Source of the DNA: Candidatus Electronema halotolerans
GTDB lineage: Bacteria > Desulfobacterota > Desulfobulbia > Desulfobulbales > Desulfobulbaceae
NCBI GenBank assembly: GCA_942493095.1
Contig: OW818675.1
Span: 2,730,001-2,762,000 of the forward strand
Length of the DNA: 32,000 nucleotides
Direction: 5' to 3'
Part shown: positions 1 through 7,640 of the stretch, in pieces
How the letters are laid out: every line of letters begins with the position of its first letter
How positions within the stretch are numbered: the stretch's first letter is position 1
The notes under the pieces: model-generated
Told to the model about the DNA's origin: nothing
The model's input: the letters and a program-made list of their open reading frames with translations, nothing else
Database searches by the model: none
Program-made: the position numbers and the translations under genes

Positions 1-467
1 TCCTTGCTCAGACCGGCCTTGGCCAGCAGGGTGTTCATCACAGTCTCGTCGTTGCCGCCAAAAGTCACGCCAATATTCCTGTCTTTCAGGTCAGCCAAGG
101 TTTTGATTTCCGGCTGATCAGCTCGGTAAATCCACTGCATCGGGCTGATTTGAAATATCTGCGCCAGCACAACTAATTTCGCCCCTTTCTCCAAGGCGCG
201 GACGACCTGATCCGCTGAAGCGCAGCCAAAATCAGCCCGGCCCAGCTCCAGTTCCCTGATTGCATTTTTCTCCGGGCTGCCTTCCTTGACGTTGACCTTC
301 AAACCAGATTTGGCGAAAAAGCCGCCGCTGTCCGCATAGATGTCGCCAGCCGCGCCGATGTTGAACAGCCACTTGAGCCGATAATTCAGCTCTGTCTGTT
401 CAGCCTGCGCAGCAATTGCGAAAAAGAGCAGAAGAATGGCCGCGATAATTGCGCTGATTCTGTTCAT
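1..467 (-). CDS. ABC transporter substrate-binding protein, NMT1/THI5-like (NitT/TauT family); 3' end runs off the window
   Basis: Absent from the ORF track because it is truncated by the window edge. My own minus-strand translation from the ATG at 467-465 gives MNRISAIIAAILLLFFAIAAQAEQTELNYRLKWLFNIGAAGDIYADSGGFFAKSGLKVNVKEGSPEKNAIRELELGRADFGCASADQVVRALEKG... This has a Sec signal peptide followed by the W..AG.Y.A...G.F...GL.V pattern typical of this SBP family. It is the last gene of the same-strand ATPase/permease operon. Confidence 0.75.
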   Translation of the reverse strand, partial: MNRISAIIAAILLLFFAIAAQAEQTELNYRLKWLFNIGAAGDIYADSGGFFAKSGLKVNVKEGSPEKNAIRELELGRADFGCASADQVVRALEKGAKLVVLAQIFQISPMQWIYRADQPEIKTLADLKDRNIGVTFGGNDETVMNTLLAKAGLSK

Positions 468-482
468 GAAATGCGTCTCCTT

Positions 483-1232
483 TTATGTGCCGGACCATAT
501 CTGGGTGATCCGTGCGCCAATGGTTTCAAGCAGGCCCTGATAGACGGTAATGACAATGCCGATCAGAAACAGGGCTGTGAGTATTTTGGCCATGTCGCTT
601 TGATACAGCGCAGTGCGGATGCTGTAGCCAATGCCCGCGTCCGCAGCAATGAACTCGGCGACAATGGTTCCAGCCAAGGCCAAGGATGCACTGCCGGAGA
701 TCACGGTGCTCAGTTTGCTCAGGTTTTCAAAGGCCCGGATTTTCACCTCCAGCCGCCAGTTCATCTGCCCTGTGGCGTGATAGAAATGCTCGATGTCCTC
801 GACTGGCGCGGTCATGATGCCGAGCACCGAGAGAAGCAGCGGGAAGTAGCAGATCATCGAGGCGATCAAGAGCCGGGACAGGAAGCCGTCGCCGAGAAGA
901 ATGAAGATGATCGGAGCAAGGGCGACAATCGGGTAGGACTGGATGCTGTAGGCTGCGGCTCTGATCAGCGAGCCGAGCCAGGAGGATTTGCGCCCTGCGA
1001 TGCCCACGGCAAAGGCTAGGGCGATGGAGATGAACTGGCCGAGCACGGTCACGGCCAAGGTGCTGAACACAGCGGTCACGTATTCTTTCACCACTTGGCC
1101 TGCGGTGCTGAAGAGCAAGGCAATGTCCGGCAGAACATAGTTGGACAGGCCGAGAGCATACTTCAGGCCGAAGAGAAAGGTCAGGCCGAGGCAATAGATA
1201 AAGAAAAATTGGCCGAGTTTTCTAACAAGCAT
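483..1232 (-). CDS. ABC transporter permease (NitT/TauT-type, BPD_transp_1-like)
   Basis: 249-aa ORF that is hydrophobic throughout, with about 6 predicted TM segments. It overlaps the upstream ATPase gene by 11 nt and lies 13 nt upstream of the SBP gene. Confidence 0.85.
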   Translation of the reverse strand: MLVRKLGQFFFIYCLGLTFLFGLKYALGLSNYVLPDIALLFSTAGQVVKEYVTAVFSTLAVTVLGQFISIALAFAVGIAGRKSSWLGSLIRAAAYSIQSYPIVALAPIIFILLGDGFLSRLLIASMICYFPLLLSVLGIMTAPVEDIEHFYHATGQMNWRLEVKIRAFENLSKLSTVISGSASLALAGTIVAEFIAADAGIGYSIRTALYQSDMAKILTALFLIGIVITVYQGLLETIGARITQIWSGT

Positions 1233-1905
1233 TCATGATCTCCAACATGACGGCATCAAGTTTGCTTTTATCGAGGACATAATTCTGTCTGTAGTCTAAT
1301 CCGTGCAGCACCCGGTAGCTGGCAGCATCAAGCAGGACGACAACATCTTTGCAGAATTTGGCCACTTCAAGCAGGTTGTGAGATATGCAGAGAAACATCT
1401 TGTCCGGGAAAAGCTGCTTGATGTGCAGAATGATGCGCTCGCGCAGCTTTTCATCAACATTGGCAAGGCTTTCGTCCATGATCAGCAGATCGAAATCTTG
1501 CAGCAGATAGCGGAGGAGATTGATGCGGTTGCGCTGGCCCAAGGAAAGCTGGGAAAACTTGGCCTGCATAAGGTTGCGCAGGCCGAAAATTGCTGTCAAT
1601 TCCTGCCGCAGCTCTTCTTTGCCCGGCGGAGCTGCTTCGTCCAAATGCTGCTCAAGCGTTGCCCAGCCCGGCAGCCGCTCCAAGTTGTAGGAATAGAGAA
1701 TTGTGCTGATGCCTTCTGTCCTGATTTCACCTGCGGAAGGGGCAATGCTGCCCGCCAGAATGCGGGCCAAGGAGCTTTTGCCGACCCCAGAAGGCCCGAA
1801 GACCGCGTTGAAGCCCGGCTCATGCAGGGAAAAGCAGAGATTGTTCAGCACGTCAGCGCGGCTGTCCGGGTAGGTGAAGCGCAGCTCCTTGCATTCCAGC
1901 AGCAT
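1222..1905 (-). CDS. ABC transporter ATP-binding protein
   Basis: Walker A GPSGVGKSS, signature variant LSLGQRNR, Walker B LLIMDES and H-loop ISHN are all present in the 227-aa ORF. Confidence 0.9.
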   Translation of the reverse strand: MLLECKELRFTYPDSRADVLNNLCFSLHEPGFNAVFGPSGVGKSSLARILAGSIAPSAGEIRTEGISTILYSYNLERLPGWATLEQHLDEAAPPGKEELRQELTAIFGLRNLMQAKFSQLSLGQRNRINLLRYLLQDFDLLIMDESLANVDEKLRERIILHIKQLFPDKMFLCISHNLLEVAKFCKDVVVLLDAASYRVLHGLDYRQNYVLDKSKLDAVMLEIMNAC

Positions 1906-2182
1906 GATGTTTCCTTGGCAAGAGTAACTGCAACAGGCAGTTCTTCATGGGGAGAAAGCAGGCCGAGCCTTCTTGAGGCAAGGCATATTTTCTGGACTTT
2001 TTCACTGAAATCATATCAGTGCATGGCCTCTGCAAGGGACTGCCATGCAGAAACATCTTGGACAAAACAAGACTCAGGTGTATTCTGGAAGCAGTCACCA
2101 AACCATTTCCAGAGGTTACGATGAGTCACCAGCGCCTGGCCTTGCCGGGAGGTACTATATCCAAGTGGAGCGAAAAAAGAAA

Positions 2183-2251
2183 GTGTCTCTGAACAAAACC
2201 GCCCAAGCAGCCGGACGCTCTCAAGGTACAATTTTTCGTGAACTTAAAAAT
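2183..2251 (+). pseudogene. Relic of an IS30-family-type transposase N-terminal helix-turn-helix (second half of the HTH only)
   Basis: Translation VSLNKTAQAAGRSQGTIFRELKN resembles the recognition-helix half of IS30-type HTHs (pattern ..S...IA..LGRS.STISRELKRN; IS30 InsI has GSKPGTIF). A stop follows 5 codons later, and no transposase catalytic domain follows. Confidence 0.35.
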
Positions 2252-2253
2252 AG

Positions 2254-4362
2254 TTGGCACCCATCTTGAAAAATCTTGCGTTTGATCATTCCGGCAAATC
2301 AGGCCGCTTGCTGCTCAAGCTGCTCCTCTCTCTTGGCACCTCCCTGCTCCTCCTTGGCCTGCTCCTCCAAGGCTTCAGCAGTTCAGCGGAAGAGGCTGTC
2401 CGCCCGCGCTTATTCTCCATTTTAACAGGGACATCTCTTGTCTGCGTCGGTCTGTACATCCTAACAAGTCTGAGCCAAGCATTCTTTCGGATGCTCCGCT
2501 ACCGGGCTGTGTTGGCCGCTTCGGTCAAAAACGACCAGCTTCCCAGTGTTTTTCATCTCTTCATTGTCACCTTGAGCAGGAACATGTTTGTGGACATGCT
2601 CCCAGCCCGGCTTGGTGAACTGAGCTACGTGGCCATGCTCAACAAGGGCTGCAAGATCGGCGCAGATGCCTGCCTGTCCTCGCTGGCAATTTCTTTTGTT
2701 TTCGATCTGATCGCACTGGCCCTGCTTCTGCTGGCCGTCATGGCGCAGCAATTGCTGACCGCAGAGTTCCAGCCGTGGCTGATCAGCGTGTTTCTGGTGA
2801 TCTTGGCGGCCAGCGCGGTCATGCTTCTATTTTTATATCCTGTTCTGCAATGGGCTGGCAAAAGGCTGCACCGCTTCGACAGCAAAGGCTGGCTGGGAAG
2901 GCTCATCAAATTAGCAGAGGACACTGCTGTTGCTTTGGAACAGGCCCGGCAGGCTGGCATTGCCGGTCGAGTGCTGGCATTATCTTTGGCAGTGCGATTC
3001 TTCAAATATCTTGGCCTGTATCTGCTCTTTCTCGGCGTGGCTGTGCCGTCCTTTCCTGACCTCAGCCGAGAGCCTGCCGCTGTCCTGATCGCCTTGGTCA
3101 GCGCAGAAGCAAGCAGCGCCTTGCCAGTGCCATCGTTCATGAGCTTCGGCACCTACGAGGCAGGCGGCGCATTGGCCCTGACCGTGCTTGGCGCGGCCAA
3201 AACCTCCTCAGTGCTTGTCATGCTGGCCCTGCATATCTGGAGCCAAATTATTGACTACAGTCTCGGCATCTGCGCCATGATTCTGTTCATTTTCACAGTC
3301 GGCAAAACAGAGTTTGCGGCATCTGGCCGGAGCGGCGGGCAGAAAAAATTGCTTCTGACCGTCGGAACCGTGCTGACCGTCGGTCTGCTGCTCTTTGCCT
3401 GGCAGATATGGGCGGTCAAAAAAATGGGTGCCTTTATTCCGCCCAAGCCGGGCCAACCAGTGCCAGCTACTGCGGAGGAAGAGCAGGAAAGTCCCATCCT
3501 TGCCACGCTGCGCGGCTTTGTTATCTGGAGCAGCAACCGTTTCGGCAACCACGATTTGGTCATGCTGACCCTGCCAGACCGCAAACTGAGCCGCCTGACC
3601 ACAGACCCGCACACAGAATATTTTTCCCGCATTTCGCCGGACGGCAGCAAGGTGGTCTTCTGCCGCTCGCAGGAGCCGTGGGTTTCGCAGCGCAACAAAT
3701 ACCCGTGGGACACATGGCTGCTCGATCTGCCCACTGGCAAGACCCGCCTCTTGGCCAAAAACGCCAATGTGCCCACGTGGTCTGCGGACGGCAGCAAGGT
3801 CTATTTTCAGCGCAACGCGAATCAGTTTGTTGAACATGCGCTTGCCACTGGCAAGGAAACTGTGATATTTGAGACAGGAAAAAATCTGCCCCTGCCTGCG
3901 TCGCAGCAGTTGGAAACCCCTGTTTGGAGCGAGGCCCGGCAGACGCTGGCCGTGACAATGCGGGTCAACGGTCCGGTTTACACCTACATTATCGGGCCGG
4001 ACAGAAGTGTGCGGCAGGTCAACGAGGGCTGCGAGCTGAACTGGTCGCCGGATTCCTCGTTCCTTTATCATGTCGGCCATGACAGCCGAGACCGAAGCAA
4101 CAATGTGTTTTACAAGATCAACCCTGACACGCTGGAGCGGACGCTCTGGTTTGACTCGCCGGGCGCGTACAGTCACGAGTATTTTCCCAAGATTTCCAAT
4201 ACTGGCAAAGTGCTGGTTTACGGAGCCAGCACTGGCGGGCATGAGCACGACACAGCGGATTACGAGATTTTCCTCTGGCCGATTGGCTCACCGATGAGCA
4301 ACACAGCCCGCTTGAGCTATCACACCGGCAACGACAATTGGCCGGATGTATTTTTATATTAA
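2254..4362 (+). CDS. Membrane protein fusion: N-terminal multi-pass flippase-like/LPG-synthase-TM-like (UPF0104-type) domain plus C-terminal TolB-like PD40 beta-propeller
   Basis: 702-aa ORF. The N-terminal ~390 aa has many TM helices. The C-terminal ~300 aa carries repeated PD40-type motifs (ISPDGSKVVFCRS, WSADGSKVYFQR, WSPDSSFLYHV, ISNTGKVLVYG). The start is uncertain: the track start is TTG, and the first in-frame ATG lies about 80 codons in (MLRYRAV). Confidence 0.75.
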   Translation: MAPILKNLAFDHSGKSGRLLLKLLLSLGTSLLLLGLLLQGFSSSAEEAVRPRLFSILTGTSLVCVGLYILTSLSQAFFRMLRYRAVLAASVKNDQLPSVFHLFIVTLSRNMFVDMLPARLGELSYVAMLNKGCKIGADACLSSLAISFVFDLIALALLLLAVMAQQLLTAEFQPWLISVFLVILAASAVMLLFLYPVLQWAGKRLHRFDSKGWLGRLIKLAEDTAVALEQARQAGIAGRVLALSLAVRFFKYLGLYLLFLGVAVPSFPDLSREPAAVLIALVSAEASSALPVPSFMSFGTYEAGGALALTVLGAAKTSSVLVMLALHIWSQIIDYSLGICAMILFIFTVGKTEFAASGRSGGQKKLLLTVGTVLTVGLLLFAWQIWAVKKMGAFIPPKPGQPVPATAEEEQESPILATLRGFVIWSSNRFGNHDLVMLTLPDRKLSRLTTDPHTEYFSRISPDGSKVVFCRSQEPWVSQRNKYPWDTWLLDLPTGKTRLLAKNANVPTWSADGSKVYFQRNANQFVEHALATGKETVIFETGKNLPLPASQQLETPVWSEARQTLAVTMRVNGPVYTYIIGPDRSVRQVNEGCELNWSPDSSFLYHVGHDSRDRSNNVFYKINPDTLERTLWFDSPGAYSHEYFPKISNTGKVLVYGASTGGHEHDTADYEIFLWPIGSPMSNTARLSYHTGNDNWPDVFLY

Positions 4363-4444
4363 GATGTCAGCCTCTTGCCATACAGCACTTCAGCACTTTT
4401 CAGGGCTTATCATCAGCGACTTGACAGGTAGCTCGACAGGCAAT

Positions 4445-5887
4445 TCACACAAATTCAACGCTCACCGGGCAGTGGTCTGATCCCGTGATTGCATCGTGAA
4501 TTCCTGCCGCCCGCACCCGGTGCTGGCTTTTTGCATCGACAAGAAAATAATCAATCCGCCAGCCGACATTCCGTTTCCGGGCCGCAGTGCGGTAGCTCCA
4601 CCAGCTATAGCGGTGCGGCTCCGGGTGAAAAAGGCGGAAGGTGTCTGTATATCCGGCCTCAAGAATGGCCTCCAAGCTGGCCCGCTCTTCGGCGGAAAAG
4701 CCCGGATTGCCGACATTCTCCTTGGGCCGGGCAAGGTCAATCTCCTTGTGGGCCACATTCAGATCACCGCAGAGCAGCACGGTTTTGGCAGCCGCTAATT
4801 TGTTAAGATGCGCGAGCATGGCTTGGTTGAAATCCAGCTTGAAATTCAGCCGCCGCAGGCCGTCCTGGGCATTGGGAAAATAGGCAGTGACAAAATAAAA
4901 ATCGGCAAATTCAAGGGTCAGCACCCGGCCTTCCTGATCAAATTTCTCTTGGCCCAGTCCGTACAAGACCTTGAGCGGCTCCTTGCGGCTGAAAACCGCC
5001 ACCCCGGAATAGCCTTTCTTTTTCGCCGGATGCCAGAAGACCTGCCAGCCGGGAATATTCCGCACCTCATCCGGCAATTGCTCTGGCAGGGCCTTGATTT
5101 CCTGAAGGGCAAAAATATCCGCATCCAACTGCTGAAAGGCATCAAGAAAGCCTTTTCCCAGCGCAGCCCGCAGGCCGTTGACATTCCACGAGACACAGCG
5201 CAACGTGTTAGATTTTATTTCTTGTTTGCCAGGCACCTTGCGCGGGGTGACATCGAGGCGGGGACACAACTTCTCCAGCACGCAGCGGTCGCAATGGGGA
5301 AAGCGGGGCTTGCAAGTGCCTTGACCAAAAGCGACCAACAGGGAATTGATGTCAAGCCAGTGCTGCTGCGGCAGTTTGGCCCGCAGAGCCATTTCTGTTG
5401 CCAAGGGCGTTTTGGTCCGCACATAGCCCCAGATGTTCATGATCCGGTGGACATGGGTATCCACGCAGATGGCAGGCTTCTGAAAGCCGACAGTCACGAC
5501 CAAGTTGGCGGTCTTCCGGCCCACGCCCGGCAGCCGGACCAACTCTTCCACCGTGTCCGGCACTTGGCCGTTGAATTCTTCAGCCAAGGCGGCGGGCAGC
5601 GCGGCCAAGTATTTCGCCTTGTTGCGGAAAAAGCCGACCGGATAAATCAGCTTTTCAAGCTCGGCAACTGAGAGCAGTGCCAGAGCCGCTGCGCTGTCCG
5701 CCTGAGCAAAAAGCCGCCGCGCTGCCGCTGCTGTCACTTCATCCTTGGTGCGGGCGGAAAGCATGGTCGCCACCAGCACCTTGAACGGGTCTTGGGTCTG
5801 GGCGGCGATCAGATCAACCACCGGCACCTTGTATGCAGCCACTTCCTTGCGCAGCAGGGCGACAGCGGCATCAATGGGAAAGGTCAT
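4445..5887 (-). CDS. Fusion protein: endonuclease III (HhH-GPD DNA glycosylase/AP lyase, 4Fe-4S) plus exodeoxyribonuclease III (AP endonuclease)
   Basis: N-terminal half: HhH motif LPGVGRKTANLV, catalytic Asp context VDTHVHR, and Fe-S loop CKPRFPHCDRCVLEKLC (C-x6-C-x2-C-x5-C). C-terminal half: ExoIII motifs SWNVNG, LQEIK, GDLNVAH, WRIDY and GSDHCPV. Homology to Nth begins at MTFPIDAAV (ATG at 5887), so the track extension to 6040 (TTG) is probably not translated. Confidence 0.85.
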   Translation of the reverse strand: MTFPIDAAVALLRKEVAAYKVPVVDLIAAQTQDPFKVLVATMLSARTKDEVTAAAARRLFAQADSAAALALLSVAELEKLIYPVGFFRNKAKYLAALPAALAEEFNGQVPDTVEELVRLPGVGRKTANLVVTVGFQKPAICVDTHVHRIMNIWGYVRTKTPLATEMALRAKLPQQHWLDINSLLVAFGQGTCKPRFPHCDRCVLEKLCPRLDVTPRKVPGKQEIKSNTLRCVSWNVNGLRAALGKGFLDAFQQLDADIFALQEIKALPEQLPDEVRNIPGWQVFWHPAKKKGYSGVAVFSRKEPLKVLYGLGQEKFDQEGRVLTLEFADFYFVTAYFPNAQDGLRRLNFKLDFNQAMLAHLNKLAAAKTVLLCGDLNVAHKEIDLARPKENVGNPGFSAEERASLEAILEAGYTDTFRLFHPEPHRYSWWSYRTAARKRNVGWRIDYFLVDAKSQHRVRAAGIHDAITGSDHCPVSVEFV

Positions 5888-6194
5888 GAGCAGCTCATGT
5901 TGGTTTGCATGGAATTTCACAGTGAAAACCAAGTGATTATACCTGCGCTGCTGACCGCCTTCAAGGTTCTTTTCGGATAATCCGCCAGCGAAGCCGACAT
6001 AATTGCTGGGCAAGCAAAAAGACGCTTGCCTGTCCTGCAAAATTTTGGCACTGTGTGTTTTGAATGGGGAAATGAAGAAGGGTGAAGGGTGAAGATTTTT
6101 CGTGAGAGAGCATTATGTTGTATGGATTCAGCGAAACTGGAGATGAGCAGATGCGGGAAGGTGCGGCGTTGGCTTGCGGTGATTCGGAGGAATT

Positions 6195-7541
6195 GTGAGG
6201 TGCTGGGTTATGGGGAGTGAGTGGAGAAAAGTTACTTGGGGAGACCTCGCAACTCTTGAATATGGCAAAGGATTACGAGGATATCAAGACACAATAGGAA
6301 ATTTTAGAGTTTTTGGTACAAATGGTCCAATAGGTTGGCACAACGAACCCCTTTGTACTTTTCCAAGTGTGATTGTTGGCAGGAAAGGTGCTTACAGAGG
6401 AATTCATTTTTCTCCAGAGCCATTTTTCGTTATTGACACAGCTTTTTATTTAAAACCTAAAGAAGATTTTGACATTAAATGGGCTTATTATGAACTTTTA
6501 ACCCATGACATAAACAGCATGGATTCTGGTTCAGCAATTCCATCAACAAGCCGATATTCGTTTTATACATTGCCTGTACTGTTGCCTTCTAAGGATGAAC
6601 AAAAAGCCATTGCCCATATCCTTGGTTCCCTTGATGACCGAATCGATTTAAACCGGCGGATGAATGAAACCTTGGAAGCAATGGCGCAGGCCTTGTTCAA
6701 GAGCTGGTTTGTTGATTTTGAACCGGTGATTGACAATGCCCTTGCCAGCGGCAAGGAAGTGCCGAAAGAGCTTGCGGGACGTGCTGCCGTTCGTGCTGAA
6801 CTTGGTGACAAACGCAAACCTCTGCCTGCTGAAATCCGTGCTCTTTTCCCTGATGAGTTTGTGTACAGCGATGAAATGGGGTGGATTCCCAAGGGGTGGA
6901 GAATTTCAGAAATTGGCAACGAAGTAGATGTCGTTGGAGGGGGAACACCAAGCACAACGAATCAAGATTTTTGGGAAAATGGCAATTATCATTGGACAAC
7001 CCCAAAAGACTTGTCTGGCAAAAAAGATAAAGTTTTGCTGAAAACGGAAAGAAAAATTACCGAAGCTGGTTTAAAAAAAATAAGTTCCGGGCTGCTGCCA
7101 GTTGATACCGTTCTTCTTTCGTCTCGCGCACCGATTGGGTATCTTGCTTTGGCAAAAGTGCCTGTGGCAGTGAATCAAGGATACATTGCTATGAAATGCA
7201 ACAGGAATCTTCCTTCTGTATATATTTTACAATGGGCAGATTCTTTTATGGATGATATAAAACGGCGAGCAGGAGGAACAACGTTTGCTGAAATTAACAA
7301 AAAAAATTTCCGCACCATTACCGTGTTAGTACCAAACGAAAAATCCTTGAATGCGTACAAAAATATTGTGAACGGATTTTACGATAGCATTTCGGAATCA
7401 ATAGCTATATCATTTTCTCTCGCAACCATCCGCGACACCCTCCTCCCAAAACTCCTCTCCGGCGAACTGCGCATTCCTGATGCGGAAAAACTCGCAGCAG
7501 AGGCTGTGCTGCCCAGTTCCTCCAAAATTCTTTTCCGATAA
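6195..7541 (+). CDS. hsdS: Type I restriction-modification system specificity subunit HsdS (solitary)
   Basis: Two target-recognition domains are separated by the conserved central helix DEQKAIAHILGSLDDRIDLNRRMNETLEAMAQALFKSWFVDFEP. The C-terminal conserved region is IRDTLLPKLLSGELRIPDAEK. A GGAGG sits 4 nt before the GTG at 6195; an alternative ATG is at 6210 (MGSEWRKV). No hsdM or hsdR is present in the window. Confidence 0.85.
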   Translation: MRCWVMGSEWRKVTWGDLATLEYGKGLRGYQDTIGNFRVFGTNGPIGWHNEPLCTFPSVIVGRKGAYRGIHFSPEPFFVIDTAFYLKPKEDFDIKWAYYELLTHDINSMDSGSAIPSTSRYSFYTLPVLLPSKDEQKAIAHILGSLDDRIDLNRRMNETLEAMAQALFKSWFVDFEPVIDNALASGKEVPKELAGRAAVRAELGDKRKPLPAEIRALFPDEFVYSDEMGWIPKGWRISEIGNEVDVVGGGTPSTTNQDFWENGNYHWTTPKDLSGKKDKVLLKTERKITEAGLKKISSGLLPVDTVLLSSRAPIGYLALAKVPVAVNQGYIAMKCNRNLPSVYILQWADSFMDDIKRRAGGTTFAEINKKNFRTITVLVPNEKSLNAYKNIVNGFYDSISESIAISFSLATIRDTLLPKLLSGELRIPDAEKLAAEAVLPSSSKILFR

Positions 7542-7591
7542 TTCGCCCGCTTTCAGTCCCAGCTTGACGCAGCCCTGCCGAGCCGATAAAA

Positions 7592-7605
7592 TTGACCACG
7601 GTCAA
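7592..7605. promoter_or_regulatory. Palindrome TTGACC-AC-GGTCAA, 36 nt upstream of the RND pump start; possible operator
   Basis: Perfect 6-2-6 inverted repeat read directly from the sequence, in the hsdS-RND intergenic region. No regulator gene is adjacent, so its function is a guess. Confidence 0.2.
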
Positions 7606-7640
7606 CATTTTAGCCAGAAAACTCCAAACGAGCTTCCTTC

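Noticed and set aside
1303-2124. 273-aa plus-strand ORF opposite the ABC ATPase
   Set aside because: Antisense shadow of a gene with intact Walker A/B and signature motifs.
3208-4248. 346-aa minus-strand ORF (and 3255..3797, 3560..3958) inside the 702-aa gene
   Set aside because: Antisense to the PD40 propeller region, which carries clear repeat motifs. Arg/Ala-rich shadow translation.
4808-5671. 287-aa plus-strand ORF opposite nth-xth
   Set aside because: Antisense shadow. The minus strand carries complete Nth and ExoIII catalytic motifs.
5888-6040. 51-codon N-terminal extension of nth-xth (TTG start)
   Set aside because: Homology to endonuclease III begins at the Met at 5887, and the extension has no Nth-like sequence.
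6077-6090. Tandem GAAGGGT x2 (plus partial copies) in the nth/hsdS intergenic region
   Set aside because: Only about 2.5 copies of a 7-mer. This is within what chance or purine-rich leader sequence can give.
6115-6198. 27-codon ORF ending in a GTGA overlap with hsdS; possible hsdM 3' remnant
   Set aside because: It is too short, and its sequence (MLYGFSETGDEQMREGAALACGDSEEL) is not recognisably HsdM-like to me. It is mentioned only as context in the hsdS finding.
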